Position numbers and translations under genes: made by a program. DNA of 62,838 nt, filler included, from Collodictyon triciliatum (lineage: Eukaryota), in assembly GCA_043381765.1 (NCBI GenBank). It is 4 parts of 4 records of this genome, joined end to end, with 100 filler letters (N's around TTAATTAATTAA, not from the genome) between each part and the next. Parts side by side here need not be neighbours in the genome. Positions count along the whole stretch, not along the records: positions 1 to 26,198 come from JBHJMP010000566.1; 3 more parts are not named here. One strand, 5' to 3'. Numbering within the stretch: the stretch's first letter is position 1; the number at the start of each line of letters is the position of its first letter. The notes below the pieces were generated by a model. The model searched no databases. It was not told the DNA's origin and saw nothing but the letters and a program-made list of their open reading frames with translations. Shown here piece by piece: positions 1 through 14,085 of this stretch.

Positions 1-300
1 AGAAAAATAGAAAAAGAATAGAAAAAGAATAGAATAGAAAAAGAATAGAAAAGAATAGAAAAGAATAGAAAAAGAATAGAAAAAGAAAAGAAAAAGAAAA
101 AGAAAAAGAAAAAGAAAAAGAAAAAGAAAAGAAAAAGAAAAGAAAAAGAAAAGAAAAAGAAAAGAAAAAGAAAAGAAAAAGAAAAAGAAAAAGAAAAGAA
201 AAAGAAAAAGAAAAAGAAAAAGAAAAAGAAAAAGAAAAAGAAAAGAAAAAGAAAAGAAAAAGAAAAAGAAAAAGAAAAAGAAAAAGAAAAGAAAAGAAAA
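1..300. repeat. (GAAAA/GAAAAA)n low-complexity satellite, inside an intron of the minus-strand IQ-motif gene
   Basis: Direct reading of the sequence; a GT donor on the minus strand at 312 opens an intron running into the repeat. Confidence 0.95.
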
Positions 301-312
301 GATGTATTCAAC

Positions 313-1401
313 CTTGAAGTTTCCTTTTTCTGTCCAACGACAAGGAAAACCATTGCCTGAAAACAAAGAGAACCTGGAGAGTACGAATTCTCTTTCGAAA
401 TTGGATGACCTAATGTACAATTATATTATCACCTCTCAATGCCATAGCGCTTCAATGAAACGCGAGAAAATATAATTGAGTGCATTATTTTGATGTACCA
501 GACGGTCGGAGAATCTAACAAGCGGTCGATGAACATATTTTTGAGCATCTTCATCTAATTTAACATCAAACTATTAAAAGTTTGCAGACAGAAATATACT
601 TTAATAAATCGAAAAGTATATACTGGATATCTTGGTCAAGGTTTCTGTATTGAAAAAGGGGTTTCCTGGCTTTCTATTAGACCTTTGTCGTCTATATTCC
701 ACAAATCTCTGTATGTAGAGAGACAGATTAAAGAAATGGACTTCCACAAAGGATTTCGTGAACATGTACCTTAAACTTAGTCAAGTGTTTACGGAGAATC
801 CAAGTTTCATTAAAATAGACTGATTGGACGTATAGTTTCCATCTCCTAAAAAGTGGTCCAATCCGGCCCAAATCCGTTTTTGCCCTAAATCTCTTTACTG
901 CGAAATTTTAAAGATTATATTTAATTTTCATTTATTGCTGTGCATGTATTTATAAAATCGATGATACGGTGCTTTAGAAAACTATACATACCAGCACGAT
1001 ATTTCCTGCGGGACAGAAACATCCTTACACAAGACTGAATTTTAATCACAGCATTAAGCTTCAACTATTGATTTAGTTATAAAGGATTCAATTTTCTTTA
1101 ACAAAAGGTATTGATAGAAGAAAACGTTATCGGTAAATGCAAAATATTCTTCATTGTATAATATTCCTAAACAGTTTACCAGATAATCATAGTATTCAAG
1201 CTGATTTTGGGATTGTATTAATCGCGCATTGATTTCACTTCCATAAGGAGAATAAATATTGCTGAAGAAATGGTATTTTAGGGCTGTGAATATGCATTTA
1301 TCTTCTGATTTTCATTGATATTCATCGAATGATATAAAACAAGTCAACTATATCTTACCGCGCCATCTCAAAGGAATTAGAGTCTGGACCACAGGATTCA
1401 T
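313..1401 (-). CDS. Multi-exon IQ-motif protein with Sfi1-like F..W segments; 3' end lies outside the window and the start is uncertain
   Basis: Seven short exons join in frame at GT-AG junctions: MNPVVQTLIPLRWR-ALKYHFFSN..YYDYL-LKLNAVIKIQSCVRMFLSRRKYRA-VKRFRAK..PLFRRWKLYV..-RFVEYRRQ..-NEDAQKY..-VIQFRKRIRTLQVLFVFRQWFSL. IQxxxRxxxxR is a canonical IQ motif. The exons are too short to appear in the ORF track. Confidence 0.7.
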
Positions 1402-2910
1402 CGAAACTAGACTCCAGAGCACTCATCTTCCCTGTCAAGTACCTACCCACCAACCCGACGACCTAGTCCAGCAATAAAGTTTGAGGGAGCCGAACCAAAC
1501 TTTAAGAGAAAGAAAAATAAACTAGGTTATTCAAAAAAATATAAAAAAAAATAAAACTTGATCAGAACTTCGCATGTGTAAATGTCTGTGGATGAACCTG
1601 ATCTTCATAGCGCAGCGAGTATGATTCACGGTCGATCTCCTCATTCATCCTTCCGTCTATACACACCAAATATTGCTTCTTTTATATACACATACAATTT
1701 TTTTCTGGAGTGAAATAAAAACAACTCAAGAAAGCAAATAGGGAAAGACCCATGGTCGACATGAATATCTGGGTCAAGCACCACCACAGACCACCTATCT
1801 TACACAATCAGTGCAGAATAATATTGCGACAGATATTAGAACACCACCATCAGAAAAAGAAAAAAAAAAGAACACCACCATCAAACTAAGAAGCCCTATC
1901 CAGAATTTCATTTACCTTGATGGAAAGTGAAAAAAAAATCCACCAACCCGAGGTGGGTAATAAGTCACCACACCACGAACGAGCGACGGCATTAGTTAGC
2001 GATCAAGTGCAAAGGTGGGAAAGGAATACAGAAAACCACAGAGGAAAATAAAAAAAAACAAAAAAAAAAGGGAAAGTAGATTCAGGAAGATGGTTAGAAG
2101 TCTTGAGAAGCCGCAACGAATCCCATGTGAACCGTCCTGCTGCGCTCAGGATAACAATCTCGCCCCCACCGATCCAAAGTGGTGCCCCAAAACAGTCCCG
2201 CTCAAAGCAACAGGAATGTTCTGCTGATCTGTTTGGTGGTTTAAAAAGGTCAACGGATAATCCAGATTCACTCAGATTCTATTTCTGGAATGATGAAACG
2301 CATACTTTTTTCATCTGGCACAAAAAACTTTCGTCAGGCCGCAACAATAGGAAGCCAGCCTCACGATTACGGTGTTCATTTTCCGAAGATGATTTGATGC
2401 ACATAAGGGGTGTTCGAGGGGGTTTTTCTCACTCTTAGGAAAATTAACAATAATAAGAATAATAAGAATAATATAAATATAAAAATGCTCATCTCAATCA
2501 TGCAAATAAGCACAACTCAATCATGCTAGGAAATAAAAAAATAGATAAAAATGAACGATTCCCCGCTGCACACTGAACATACAGGAGGGAACTATAACAG
2601 CACTAAATAGGATGGCATTTTAGTGTGTTTTGTTCTTTGTGCATTTATTTAACCTGAGAAAGAAGAAAGAATCACAGAAATATAAACAATCGCAAGCAAA
2701 TCAACGAGCTCTCGGAAACCATGAATCATACTAAGCCACGGTGTTCAAGATAAATAAAATGTCTCGCAATGAAGCAGCCACATAATTGCAGGTAAACAAA
2801 TTTAAGCAATAAACCTTCAAATGATTCTGGATATATTGAAAGGGAAAAAAAGGTAGGAAGATGAAAAAAAAAAAGACAAGACCAAGAGTAGAAATAGTTC
2901 AATCGAAAAA

Positions 2911-5900
2911 CTACTCATCGGGACTATCAGGACGCTGGCTTCCTTTTCTTCCTGCGCGAATAGATTGACTTGGTCCGCGATGATGAGATGGCTGGTATGT
3001 ATTGATGGGCGGGAGGCTTAGAGGGGTCCTGCGTCCAACCAAAGACAACTCATCACTTGTCGAGAGGTCTTGTTCAGACTCATCAGACCCCGACACATAA
3101 TCCAGACTCTGTTGCTGTGTGGGCTGAGGCGAATAACGGAGTGCATCTGCTTCCTCCACAAGTTTCTTTGATTTTTGCTTTGTCGCTATGATGAGCAAAT
3201 TTCGGCGAGTCTCATTCCTCTCGGCCACTGGGTCAAGGGTGGGTGTTGTGGAATTAGAGCGCTTAGGGACTTGTCCTTTGGGCATCTCGACTGGCTGCGA
3301 CTGAGCGGGCTGTTCTGGTTGATTTTGCTCGCCTCCCTTGTCGGGGTTGCCTTCATTCTTTTGTGCAGTCATTTCCGCAGCCATTCTACTCAAATCCTCA
3401 CTTGTCAAGGCGGGTGGTGTTGAACTGGAAACAGGTCTTTCCTCATTACCTGGATTCGGTGGATCTGTTCTCTTCTTTGAGATATCACCACTGCCCACAT
3501 TTCCATTCATGTTCGCGCTTGAACCTCCGGTCCCGCTTGTTCCTCCTTCCTCCGGCCTACCTTTCCCAGATGGAGTTCTCATCGCATCGATGGCTTTGGT
3601 GACCAAGGCAATCTCTCTGCGGGTATAGTGAGTAGCATCGGTCCCAGTTATTTTCTTTTTCTTGGGTTGCTTCGGTGCTGCTGCGGCTTTCTTGGGGGCT
3701 GCTGTATCGCCATCTTTCTCATCTTTGTGACCCTTCTTTGGGCCATGTCCGTCGCCTTTCGCTGCGGATGGTCCTGGATTTGCAGGAGCCGAGTGTGCTC
3801 CTTGCTTGGTGGGGTCTGACATAGAAACCCATTGGTGACGGTTTTCTTCCAAATGCCCCATAGCCTGAGCTAGAACCCCATGAAGTAGATCATGAAGTGA
3901 GGTGAACAGAGGTTTGACAACAAAATCGATAAACCCAATCGACATCTTGACCTGGTCTACATTGTCTCGATCCATGAATGGGGATACAGGGAACTGATTG
4001 GATTTTTCTCGGTCTCCCTAATCCCGATAATGTTTTGTTTGGTAAAAAAAAAAAAAAGAAAAAGAAAGAGACCTCAAATACATGACAACCTTTAACATAA
4101 ATCAAGCAATCTTTAAATCGAACGGTTAAAAAAAAAAAAAAAGGAAATACCTGATTCAAAAATTCTGTGAGCACGCGATCAGACCACATCTTGGATATGC
4201 CCCATGTTTTTGCTGGGTTGGAAATATCAGCCAAGTGTAGTATAGTATTCAACAATAACCGAGTTTGGTCAGGCTGCAAGTTATCGATGGTGTTTGTCTT
4301 ACTGATATTAGAAAATTTATCGGCAAGGCTGAAATGGACAGCCATATCAGTATTCAAGATTGCCTACAAGTATCATATTTATTTATTTATTTTTAAAATA
4401 AAGGAAATAGGAAAAAGGGAAATATTTTGATAATTTATAGGTCTTCTTTTAATCAATAGAATCAGCTCATGACGTAATTTTTTTTTTAATTGTTCCACAC
4501 CTGAATGACAATCTTCCTAAAATCTGTGTACTCCTCTTTGCTCAGGAAGGTCAGCAATGGAGAATTTCGCATTCGAAGCAATCTAAAAGCAAGGGATGCA
4601 TGGTGATTCTCTAGCACAGAGGCGTCGTTATAGACCAAGGAAAGATCTGCTTTTGAGTTTATCAAAAAGTTGTTGTTAACTCCAGGGTGGTCCAAATCGT
4701 GGCAGATGGCACCAATCATGAGTGCATATTTTTCTACAGGCGATAGCAAATCTTTCAGAGGAGTCCCCATGACTATAGAAAAACAAGTCTGCATGACATC
4801 AAAAGCATGGACGAAATTGTGGTAAGGATTCGAATGGTAATTGACCCTGATGTCATTGAAGAAAATACCCAATTGTGCATCGTTGATATCATATACATCC
4901 ATAAGACCCAAATGCTGGAATATGGATACGGAAAGAACAACCAACTGCATTTCATCTAAATCGTACGGACTAAAATCCCAGGCCAATATTAAATTGTTCA
5001 AATTTGGTTCAACAGAGGTTGTCCATAAGTCAGCTAAATTTACACTGAGGTTGGGTTGCGGGAAAACCGTCAAGGACCTATGAGTCTCTTCAGTTCCGGA
5101 GGTTGGTGGGTGCGACTTTCTTCTTGATTCATTACCAGCTCCTGAAGACTTCGAATTATTTGTTGCTGTAGTTGCCTTCGACCGAACTCGAGGAGAAACA
5201 GGACCTAGCTCATCTTTCACCGACATGGTGGATGTTCTCCTCTTTGATATAGATTTCTGTGAATGTACGGATAGTTTTGAGCCCTGCATACTTTGCGACT
5301 TGGAAATCGATTCAGGACTTTGTCCCCCTTCTCCCCCACTTTCGAACGACTCATCTTCTTCTTTTGAGAACGAAATCGACCTAGTCATGGAGGTTGATCT
5401 GGGGACAGAAAGTTGCTTGGGTTTTTTCGGTGAGGGCGAGTTAGCTGAAGGTTTTGTGTCGTTATCTTCTTCATTAGATTCTGTAATTATCGATATAAAT
5501 CTACTGGTTCTTCGATTGGTATTATCAGGAACTACGATTGACTTCCTGGGCCCAGTTGGTGGGGGAGGGGCGACATCTTCCGTATTGGAGAAGTTTGCTG
5601 ATATCCAATCTTTAGTTTGTTCGTCAAGCCCATCGGCCATTATTGTAGATGTCCTGGCTCTGAACTTTCGGGGCTCGGATGCCTCTAGTTCGAGAATAAT
5701 TTTGCTAGCACTGGTTTTAATGTCACCCGCAAGAATTCCAGCCCTCTGCAATCCTAAAAACATTTGCCGCATAAGAACATCGAGGGGCTCCTTGAATCCT
5801 GATGTCAGAGCGGACACAGATCCAGGAATATCTTCAGGATTTATAACTTCATGTTCTTTTTTAAATGCACTAAGCTTGATGTTCAGTGCTTTCAAGTCAC

Positions 5901-7276
5901 GTTCTTTCTGGTTCAATTGCGTCACTTTTTGCTTAATTTCTTGTTGTAGAGTCTCTTCCCTGTTGGCGAGACTGAACACCATTCTCCTTAAATTCAGCAG
6001 GTCGTACATTTGAGGCTCGACACAAAACACACGTTTTAATTCTTCGGAGAGCAGAACGCGAGGGTCAAGACCTTCGGCATCTTTACAAGCCCTTTGTACA
6101 GAGTCGGTAACCTTTTCCAACAACCCTCTTTCATTCTATTATATCGATAATATAAACATAATTGCAACCTTCTGAACTTTCATGTTTATTTTATGCTTTT
6201 TAACGGAGCTCTATTTTCTTTCAAACGTATGTCTATGTATACATTACCTCAAGAAAGTCTTCTGTGAACATTTTCATCTCTGTTCGAACGAGTTGCATGT
6301 ACATCCTGACTTTGATAGATAATAGCTCCCAACTCATGGGGATTTGCATAATATCAATTGCCCCCGTTTGTATATACTTATCGATCAGTCCCAGATTTGA
6401 ATTCATCGTAAGAACTAAGTATTTGTGTTGTATTACAGATTGTGTAAAGCATAGACCCAAAATTTAGTACAATGTACGATGAAAAATATATTCCGCTCAA
6501 CTAGGACAGTATGCCTTGAATATAGCTCAAAAAATGAATGATTTAAAAATGAAATAAAAAAAGGCTATTGAAAGAGACACTTACTGATAATTGGAATAAA
6601 GTCCATGAGAAAATCAGCACGTAGCTCTTTCATCAGTTCTATGACATCTACTTCGGGAATCTGAGCCTGAATGATAAGGAGACCGATATCCTGGCAATTT
6701 TCAATCATGTATCTCCTTAATTCCCCGACATCTGTAGATAAATGAACTGGAAAAAAAAATTATTTTCTATTAGAATGTTTTGTTCTTTTATTCACAATAT
6801 TTAATAGTAATATGTAAGCATATAGTAATATCACAAGAAATCGATATTCTTTAATCAATCCCAACCAAGATATCCCTCTTTCTCCAGCATAGAAACGCTT
6901 GCACCCAAATCCTTCTCCCTTCCAAAGAACACAAGCTTTAGAGTTAAGAACTCTAAAGTTCCCGGTCCTGATTGGACTTCTGCATTTCTAACATCAGCCT
7001 ATGGAGCAGTTAGATTTTCAATAACTGTACCAGAATAAAGAGAATATATGTATACAACTGATTCAAACAACATGTTTTTTTTTCTTCGTGCCACGCTCAA
7101 ACTCCTTTAAAACTCATATATTTTTCTCTGCCTCGGTTAATGAACTCGAATGAAATCTCTACAAATTGTGAGTAGTCTCGTTGCTGGAATTGAGCAGGGG
7201 ATTTCCTGATGGATTCGATTTTCTGCGTGGTGGGGTCCATTGAGGCTTTCTTTTTTCCTTTCCCATGAGAAGCCAT
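2911..7276 (-). CDS. Class I 3',5'-cyclic nucleotide phosphodiesterase with an N-terminal degenerate receiver (REC) domain, RegA-like architecture, about 8 exons
   Basis: PDEase_I motifs NPYHNFVHAFDV, HDLDHPGVNNNFL, VLENHH, TDMAVH, LHLADISNP, EFLNQGD and SIGFIDF across ORFs 4486-6123, 3890-4357 and 2911-3975. Upstream spliced exons give a REC-like sequence. ATG 7276 needs a 58-nt intron; ATG 7073 is an alternative start. Confidence 0.93.
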
Positions 7277-7954
7277 CTTTGACGATCCTGGCTTGCCTAT
7301 GAAAAAGTTTATCTCTTATGCCACAAAAAAAAATAGAAAATAATACTGGAAAATTACACAGCCTGATATTTAAGTGAGAATAAACAAATGAAGGGGGTTG
7401 AAAATAAATGAAAATGAAAGTCGAATTAGATGAAAAATGGAATAAAAAATGACTGGGCCATTGCGACTTGGTAGCACTCCGGCTTCTGCCTTCGTTTTTG
7501 GTTCGTCGCGGATTGGTCGTGGCGATCGAATCTCGTTGAGCTATCTTAATGTGGGGTTCCTGGATAATCGACAAAAGAGGCACAACTTTGAAAAAAACGA
7601 TTAAAAAACTTTTTATTTGTAAATATACTAATTTGTATGTAAAATATATTATTTTTAAGTTATTAATTGTATTATTGATTTAATGTAACAGACTAGCCAA
7701 ATATATCTATAATTTCCAGTTACGATGAACAAATTTAACATGAATACAATGCACAAAGACCGTTTCATCTCAAAGAGAAAACAGCCGAGGAGACGAAGCA
7801 GTACAAATCTTGCCAAGAGAGCGCGACAAAACAGCGCAACACAATACGTTGAGAGACCAGCAGCCGAACATAAAGTCTTTTGCTCTCCTCAAATGGACTC
7901 CGTCATCGAGATACCTGTAAAATCTCTCTCAAGTATTCTTTTACAGATTGCCGG

Positions 7955-8583
7955 ATGGACTCGGAGTTAGAGCTCGATCCCGAGTTTCAGCAGCGCCTTC
8001 GGGATATACCGCCGCTGCTTTTGTGCAACCTTGTACTGATTGTTGTGGGGGTTGTGGCGGTGTTTCTGTGCACACTTAAGGAAGAGTTGGATCCGCCTGT
8101 CTCTCTGACCTACCGAGTCGGCCCGTTTGTTCCTTTGTGGACTGCAACACACGAGTTCCGAGACTCGTGGAAGCAGCGCTGGGCAGCAAGACCACACAAC
8201 TACTGCGTAATTCGTCACAGCTATATCTTTTCTTTGCTCAAGTCACCTTTGCCAAGCTCAGTTTACATGTGCCCATAATTCCGTTTTTCTTCCTATCGCC
8301 CTCTACTCACCTGGCTTGCAGACCAACATGATAATGTTGATAAGGGAATGATATCTCAGTTTCGAAAGATACTTGTTGCTTTAATGCATCTCGCCATCAT
8401 AAATTAGTGTTTTTTTTCTCTTAATTTAAAAAAAATTAGGAGGTTTTCTTTTACAATAATGGAGACAGCTCGGAGGTGAGAAGCTTCCGTCCACAAAAGT
8501 GTGTATTCTCTGAACTGAACAAGAAGTCAGAGTCAGACATAGGACTTGCAGAATACAAGCAAAATTGTGACGAGTGCCGCCAG
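7955..8583 (+). CDS. Hypothetical single-pass membrane protein; two exons supported, 3' end unresolved
   Basis: MDSELELDPEFQQRLRDIPP, hydrophobic LLLCNLVLIVVGVVAVFLC, ..RPHNYC; a phase-0 GT-AG intron at 8207-8439 joins in frame to EVFFYNNG..CDECRQ. No family recognised. Confidence 0.35.
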
Positions 8584-10052
8584 GTTTCGATTGTGTTCAT
8601 TGATGCGATTATAATAAGCAAAACTATTTGGTTATCATCATCTCTTCGAGAGCGAGAATCTCTTGCAATCTGGTGTGCCTGTATTCCTGTCAGTAATGCC
8701 AAATATCGAATGACAGAGCTTCCTCTTAGAATAGTTTTTTCCTTTTAAAAAAATTGTAGATTGTATGTGCTGAGGTTCAAGGTCGCCAAACAAAAATAAT
8801 GAATATATTAAAAACCTTCTTTCGGTTGAAGAAAGCAGAAGTGCAAGGTTGCCTTTACTCTTGTTTTGTTTTAATTTCAACCAAAGAACATCATATAAAC
8901 GCCTAGCAATATCTGAACATAAAGCGGGCTGATTGGGCCTCATTCCTCAATAGCAGCATCCGATGCCCCATCAACTACTGGCAAAGAAGCAAAAAGAACC
9001 TCAGCATCCAAGAGGAAAGGAATTGACCATGTTTGGTTTCCATTAAATTCGCAGATAGCATATATCCACACGCTCTGCACTTGATGTAATCAACTTCGTT
9101 GAATAGATTCTAGTCTTTTCCTCTCCCAACTAGTTCTTTCTTGTCTTGAACATAAAATAACATTAACTCATACGCTAGAGTGCAACAAAACCAGCAGCAC
9201 AGAAATCATCGACCGTCATTCTGCAACCAACACCCGACGACCCTAATCGCTTCAACATCGCCTGCAACTTCTGTGATTTGGACAGTCTCTCATACAGTAT
9301 GCGATTTCAGTAGATATAATAAATATCGCGTGATGAATAGCAGTCAAATCGTTAAAAAAAAAAAAGAGAAACTGTGATATAAAGTAGACGGAGTCATGAC
9401 AATACAAAGTCTATCTGCTTATTTTGATTGGAGTTTGCCAGCGGATCAAAGCCGCAGCGAGAAACGATATATCTTCACAAACCCAACAGCTCCCTTTAGA
9501 AATTTCAGTGAAAGGATTAGAATAAGGATAAACGCATCTGAATCTAATATCCATAAATACGCAACTTTAATGAAATCCAGAATTTTCCACAATAAGTATG
9601 CCATCGTGTACACAGCAATGAGCAATTCGATCTGGATTCCTTCGCACCAGAGCGCCAAGACACCCGAAGATTCAGCCGAAGAAAGGTCGATGCTGATCGG
9701 AAGTGCCAGAACAAAACACGAAGATCAGAAGGAAAAGGACACAAACCATGGCTCTTTTCCAGTTCTCCTTTTTTCTTTTTCTTTTTCTTTTTCTTTTTCT
9801 TTTTCTTTTTCTTTTTCTTTTTCTTTTTCTCTTTCTCTTTCTCTTTCTCTCTATTATCGTCAATCTCTTTCTCTTATTGCACTCTTTTTTTTTTCTTATT
9901 TAATTCGTTGAAGGTTGTCTTTCTGAAAAATGACTCCTCACAGTATATTCTTAATTGTTATGTGTCGCATGAATTCTATATCCTTATTTTAAGACACTGT
10001 GGTGGAAACTAATTTCAACTAACTGAAGGCCCGAAGGTTCTTGTTTCTTTCA

Positions 10053-13000
10053 ATGGCGCTGCGTCTTCGCGTGAGTTTCTTGTTTGATTGTTTCGCTTCA
10101 CCCGTCCAAGCGAGTTCCACATCTATCTTTCCCCCTCCATCTAACGCACAATATCCTCTTCGGAGCATCCGTTTCAATATTCATTCCACTCCCTTCAAGA
10201 CTTTATCTGAGAATGATGAGGTTACTATCTCACGGACCAATTCTCTTTGAATCTCTTTTAGCGCGGATTTCTGAAAAATAAATAAATAAATTTTATATTC
10301 CTGCGCGCTTTTTGTTCTGTAGGATTTGATCCGCTCTGTTCGTGCCTGCAAAACCGCAGCAGATGAGCGAGCTTCCATTGCCCGGGAATGTGCAGATATC
10401 CGAAAGGCATTCAAAGAAGAAGACCATATGAATCGCACGCGAAACATTGCCAAACTCATGTATATCCACATGCTTGGGTATCCGACACATTGGGGGCAAA
10501 TGGAATGCGTGAAGCTTGTGGCCTCGCCCTCTTATGCAGAAAAGCGCATTGGATACCTCGGATTAATGGTTCTGCTGGATGAAAAGCAGGAGGTGTTGAT
10601 GCTTGTTACAAATTCATTAAAAAAGTGAGTTTTACGTTCGCATTACTTCTCTCCTCTTGCATTATTATTGTTATAATTATTATAATAATTAATTTTAACA
10701 GAAATAATTTTGAGATCGTTTTTGATCAATAAATTAGTCATATTAAACAAGTAGCAATATGTTCCTTCAGAAACTGAAGAAAAATAAAACCATATGTATT
10801 AATAGTGATAGCGTATTCACTTGATTTAATCTCTAGCGACTTGTCCAATACAAATCAATTCATCGTTGGTCTGGCCCTTTGTACGCTTGGAAATCTATCA
10901 TCTCCCGAAATGGCTCGTGATTTGGCAATGGAAGTCGAAAAGCTTCTGTCTCACTCAAACCCATACATACGCAAAAAGGTGATTTTTGCACCGGGTTGAA
11001 GTATTTTCCCACCAAAATAACCATACTTGTTTGTGTCGTAAATTTAAATATGTATCAATTTGTTCGTAGACATAGCGGTATTTTTTTTTTATCTGAAAGA
11101 GAAATAGTTTTGTGTGAAATTTCATTCTTTGTTCTTAGGCTGCCCTCTGCGCCGTGAGAATCATCCGGAAAGTCCCCGAGTTGGCTGAGTGCTTCATCCA
11201 ACCCTCGAAGAATCTTATCTCTGATAGAAGTCACGGAGTTCTCCTCACGGGAATCACACTCATTCTGGAGATCTGTAAAGTTGACCTCGAAGCCGGGACA
11301 AAAAACTTCCGTCCTGTGAGCAAAATATTTATTTTTATAAGCAAATGAGTCACGGCCCACATAAAAGATTTTGAGGCTCAGAAAATTAATGAAATGTGAT
11401 GACACCTTTTAACTATAAGTTTGTCTGTTGTAATAATAGAAAATTTTGGACTAATATTCCCTTCTTTTTTTTTTTATAAAAAAAAAACGATGGAAATGTA
11501 GTACATCCACGACTTCCTCCGTATACTCCGCAATCTCATGCAGTCGACCTACTCTCCAGATCATGATGTATCAGGATTCACCGACCCATTTCTGCAATCG
11601 AGAATCATTCGTCTCCTTCGCTACCTTGGTAATGGAAACAGCGAGATGAGCGAGGTCATGACCGATGTCTTGGCTCAGGTTAGTAATAGTATTGTCGAAG
11701 TGTGCTCATCCTATCAAAATTATAAGGGTACTCAATATTGGTGAACTGACCAAATGATAATGGGTTATTTCTAGATTATAAATAATACCGAAACGGTCAA
11801 ATCCGTTGGCAGCGCCCTGCTTTATGAGTGTGTTCTCACTATAATGGGCATTGATTGCAACCCAGACTTGAAAACATTAGGTGTTAATACTTTGGGCAAG
11901 TTTCTCACAAATAAGGACAACAACACCAGGTCCATACAAACATTCCTGAATAAATTGTACTTCATGGTTCAGTTTCACTCATCTCCATACACATATATTC
12001 TTGGTAAATCTATCTTGGTAACTTTTTTTTCAGAAAAAAATCTTGAACTCATTGTACCGTGCAGATTCGTATCTTTAAATACTCTCAATCGAGTCTTCCA
12101 TGTGGATATTCAAGCCCTGAATAGGCATAAAGCAATTATCATCGAATGCCTTAGGGTATACTTTCAGCTCTCTTATTCTAAGGAAAATACATATCTAAAG
12201 CATGTGAAATTTTTTTCTATTCATATGATTATTATGATTATTCTTCATACAGGACCCAGACATCTCCATCCGACAGAGGGCTCTCGAATTAACTTACGCA
12301 CTAGCAGACCACAACTCAGTTCAGCCGATTTTGAAAGAGCTTCTGTCTTATTTGACTGTATCAGAGCCGGAATTTCGTGGAGTTCTAGTCGAGAAGATAT
12401 GCTCTATTGCTGAAAAGTATATCCATGAAATTAATTGCAATTCATAATTATTTCCAAATAATTCTAATAATAATATTTTTAAAAAAAACCACGACATAAA
12501 AATAACCACTTTACTTCGGCGGTCAATTTAGATTCTCTCCATCGAAGAGATTTCTGTTCGATACTATTTTCGAAGTGATGCTGATCGTATGCTTTATATA
12601 TCTCATTTCTGCCTAAAATTCTTGCATTTTTTTTCAAATGTCGTACCACATGATTTAGTTTCCAGATAGAGGATATGTTTCCTGCTTTGTCTACATAGCT
12701 AATCTATCCATACCAATTAGTCTGGTGCTCACGTGAAGGATGAAACTGTTTCATTGCTTATTCATGTTGTCTCCTCAAATGAAAGTCTTCATGACTATGC
12801 CACAGCAAAACTACATCAGGCTCTTATGGAAGAGTATCGATCTGTATGTCAGGATATTTCATCGAGTTCCTCATAAATTAAAGTATTAAAAAGAAAGAAA
12901 AAAACCGCCATAAATATCCCAATCAGTAATTGCATTTCTATTTTACAATTAGAAATCGCTTGTACAATCAGCCCTTTGGTGTTTAGGCGAATATGGGCAT

Positions 13001-14054
13001 CATCTTGTCACGGGAGTCGCAATCGATGATACCCTAGCTCAAGTACAACAGACCTCATTTTTGTAGCCAAAAGGACTCTGTATATGTAATATTATGAATA
13101 ACATAATACTGATATTGAATATCCACAGGCATCAGAGCTGGATATAATCTCTCTTGTTAACATTTTGCTTCATGAAAGAGAAGTTACTCTCCAAATACAA
13201 CAGTATGCGTTAAATGCGCTTGTGAAGCTCACTGGTCGTTTCTCTGAATCATACACCGAGTAATTAACATAATTATTCATATAATTATCCTACTTGCCGT
13301 TCTCCATAATCAATTAGGGAATTACTGGCTCATATTTCCCCTTTTTGTCGTATACATGTCTTAAAGCTCGAATCTAAATTGGAATAATGCAGAAAAATCA
13401 AGGGGGTATTAGAGCAATACCAATTCAACATCAATACAGACATACAACAGCGTTCATGTGAATATTTGCGAATTTTGCCTCTTGCCTTCAGGTATGTGAG
13501 ATTGAATTGCAGACTCTATAATTTCATAATTCAACTTATCTGATGAAAGAAATTGATGTTTTCAGCACAGCATGGTAAACGTATTTCAATTATTATTATT
13601 ATTTTCCAAGATAGTTTTTGGAGTTAAACTACTTTATTTATGTATAAATAATGATCGTGCAGGAATGCCGTAGTGGAGCAAATGCCACTCATGGAGGAAT
13701 CGGTCATCAACAGCAAGCGCGACCAGTCCCTAGCTGAAAAATCCAACGGCGTAGCATCTAGTGGTTTGAGCAATGTCCCGGTAGCAGCAGCATCATCACC
13801 TGCAATCGACCAACAACGTAGAAACATCCTCATTTAATGGCCTAATATAATGAAATGAAAACTAATAACATACCCCGACCAATTTTCCCACTTTCTGCAT
13901 AATAGAAACATAACCAACTTCTGAATTAATTGAGTGTAATCAAATATATTGATAAGAGCCTTCCATCTGAAGCTTTATCAGCTAATTTTAAATTTACAGC
14001 AAATCGTACACCCACTACAAGCAAACCCTCAGCAGCCTCCGAGGTAAATCTAGC

Positions 14055-14085
<31 letters not shown>

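Noticed and set aside
1838-1884. Duplicated AGAACACCACCATCA around an A-rich tract, resembling a TSD plus poly(A)
   Set aside because: No element body between the copies; more simply a local tandem duplication.
7090-7180. Apparent in-frame stops near the PDE 5' end suggesting a variant genetic code or editing
   Set aside because: A 58-nt GT-AG intron or the downstream ATG at 7073 explains them, and the conserved genes translate cleanly with the standard code.
8900-9750. Coding-looking stretches between the hypothetical gene and AP1G1
   Set aside because: I could not assemble a consistent spliced ORF on either strand or recognise a motif.
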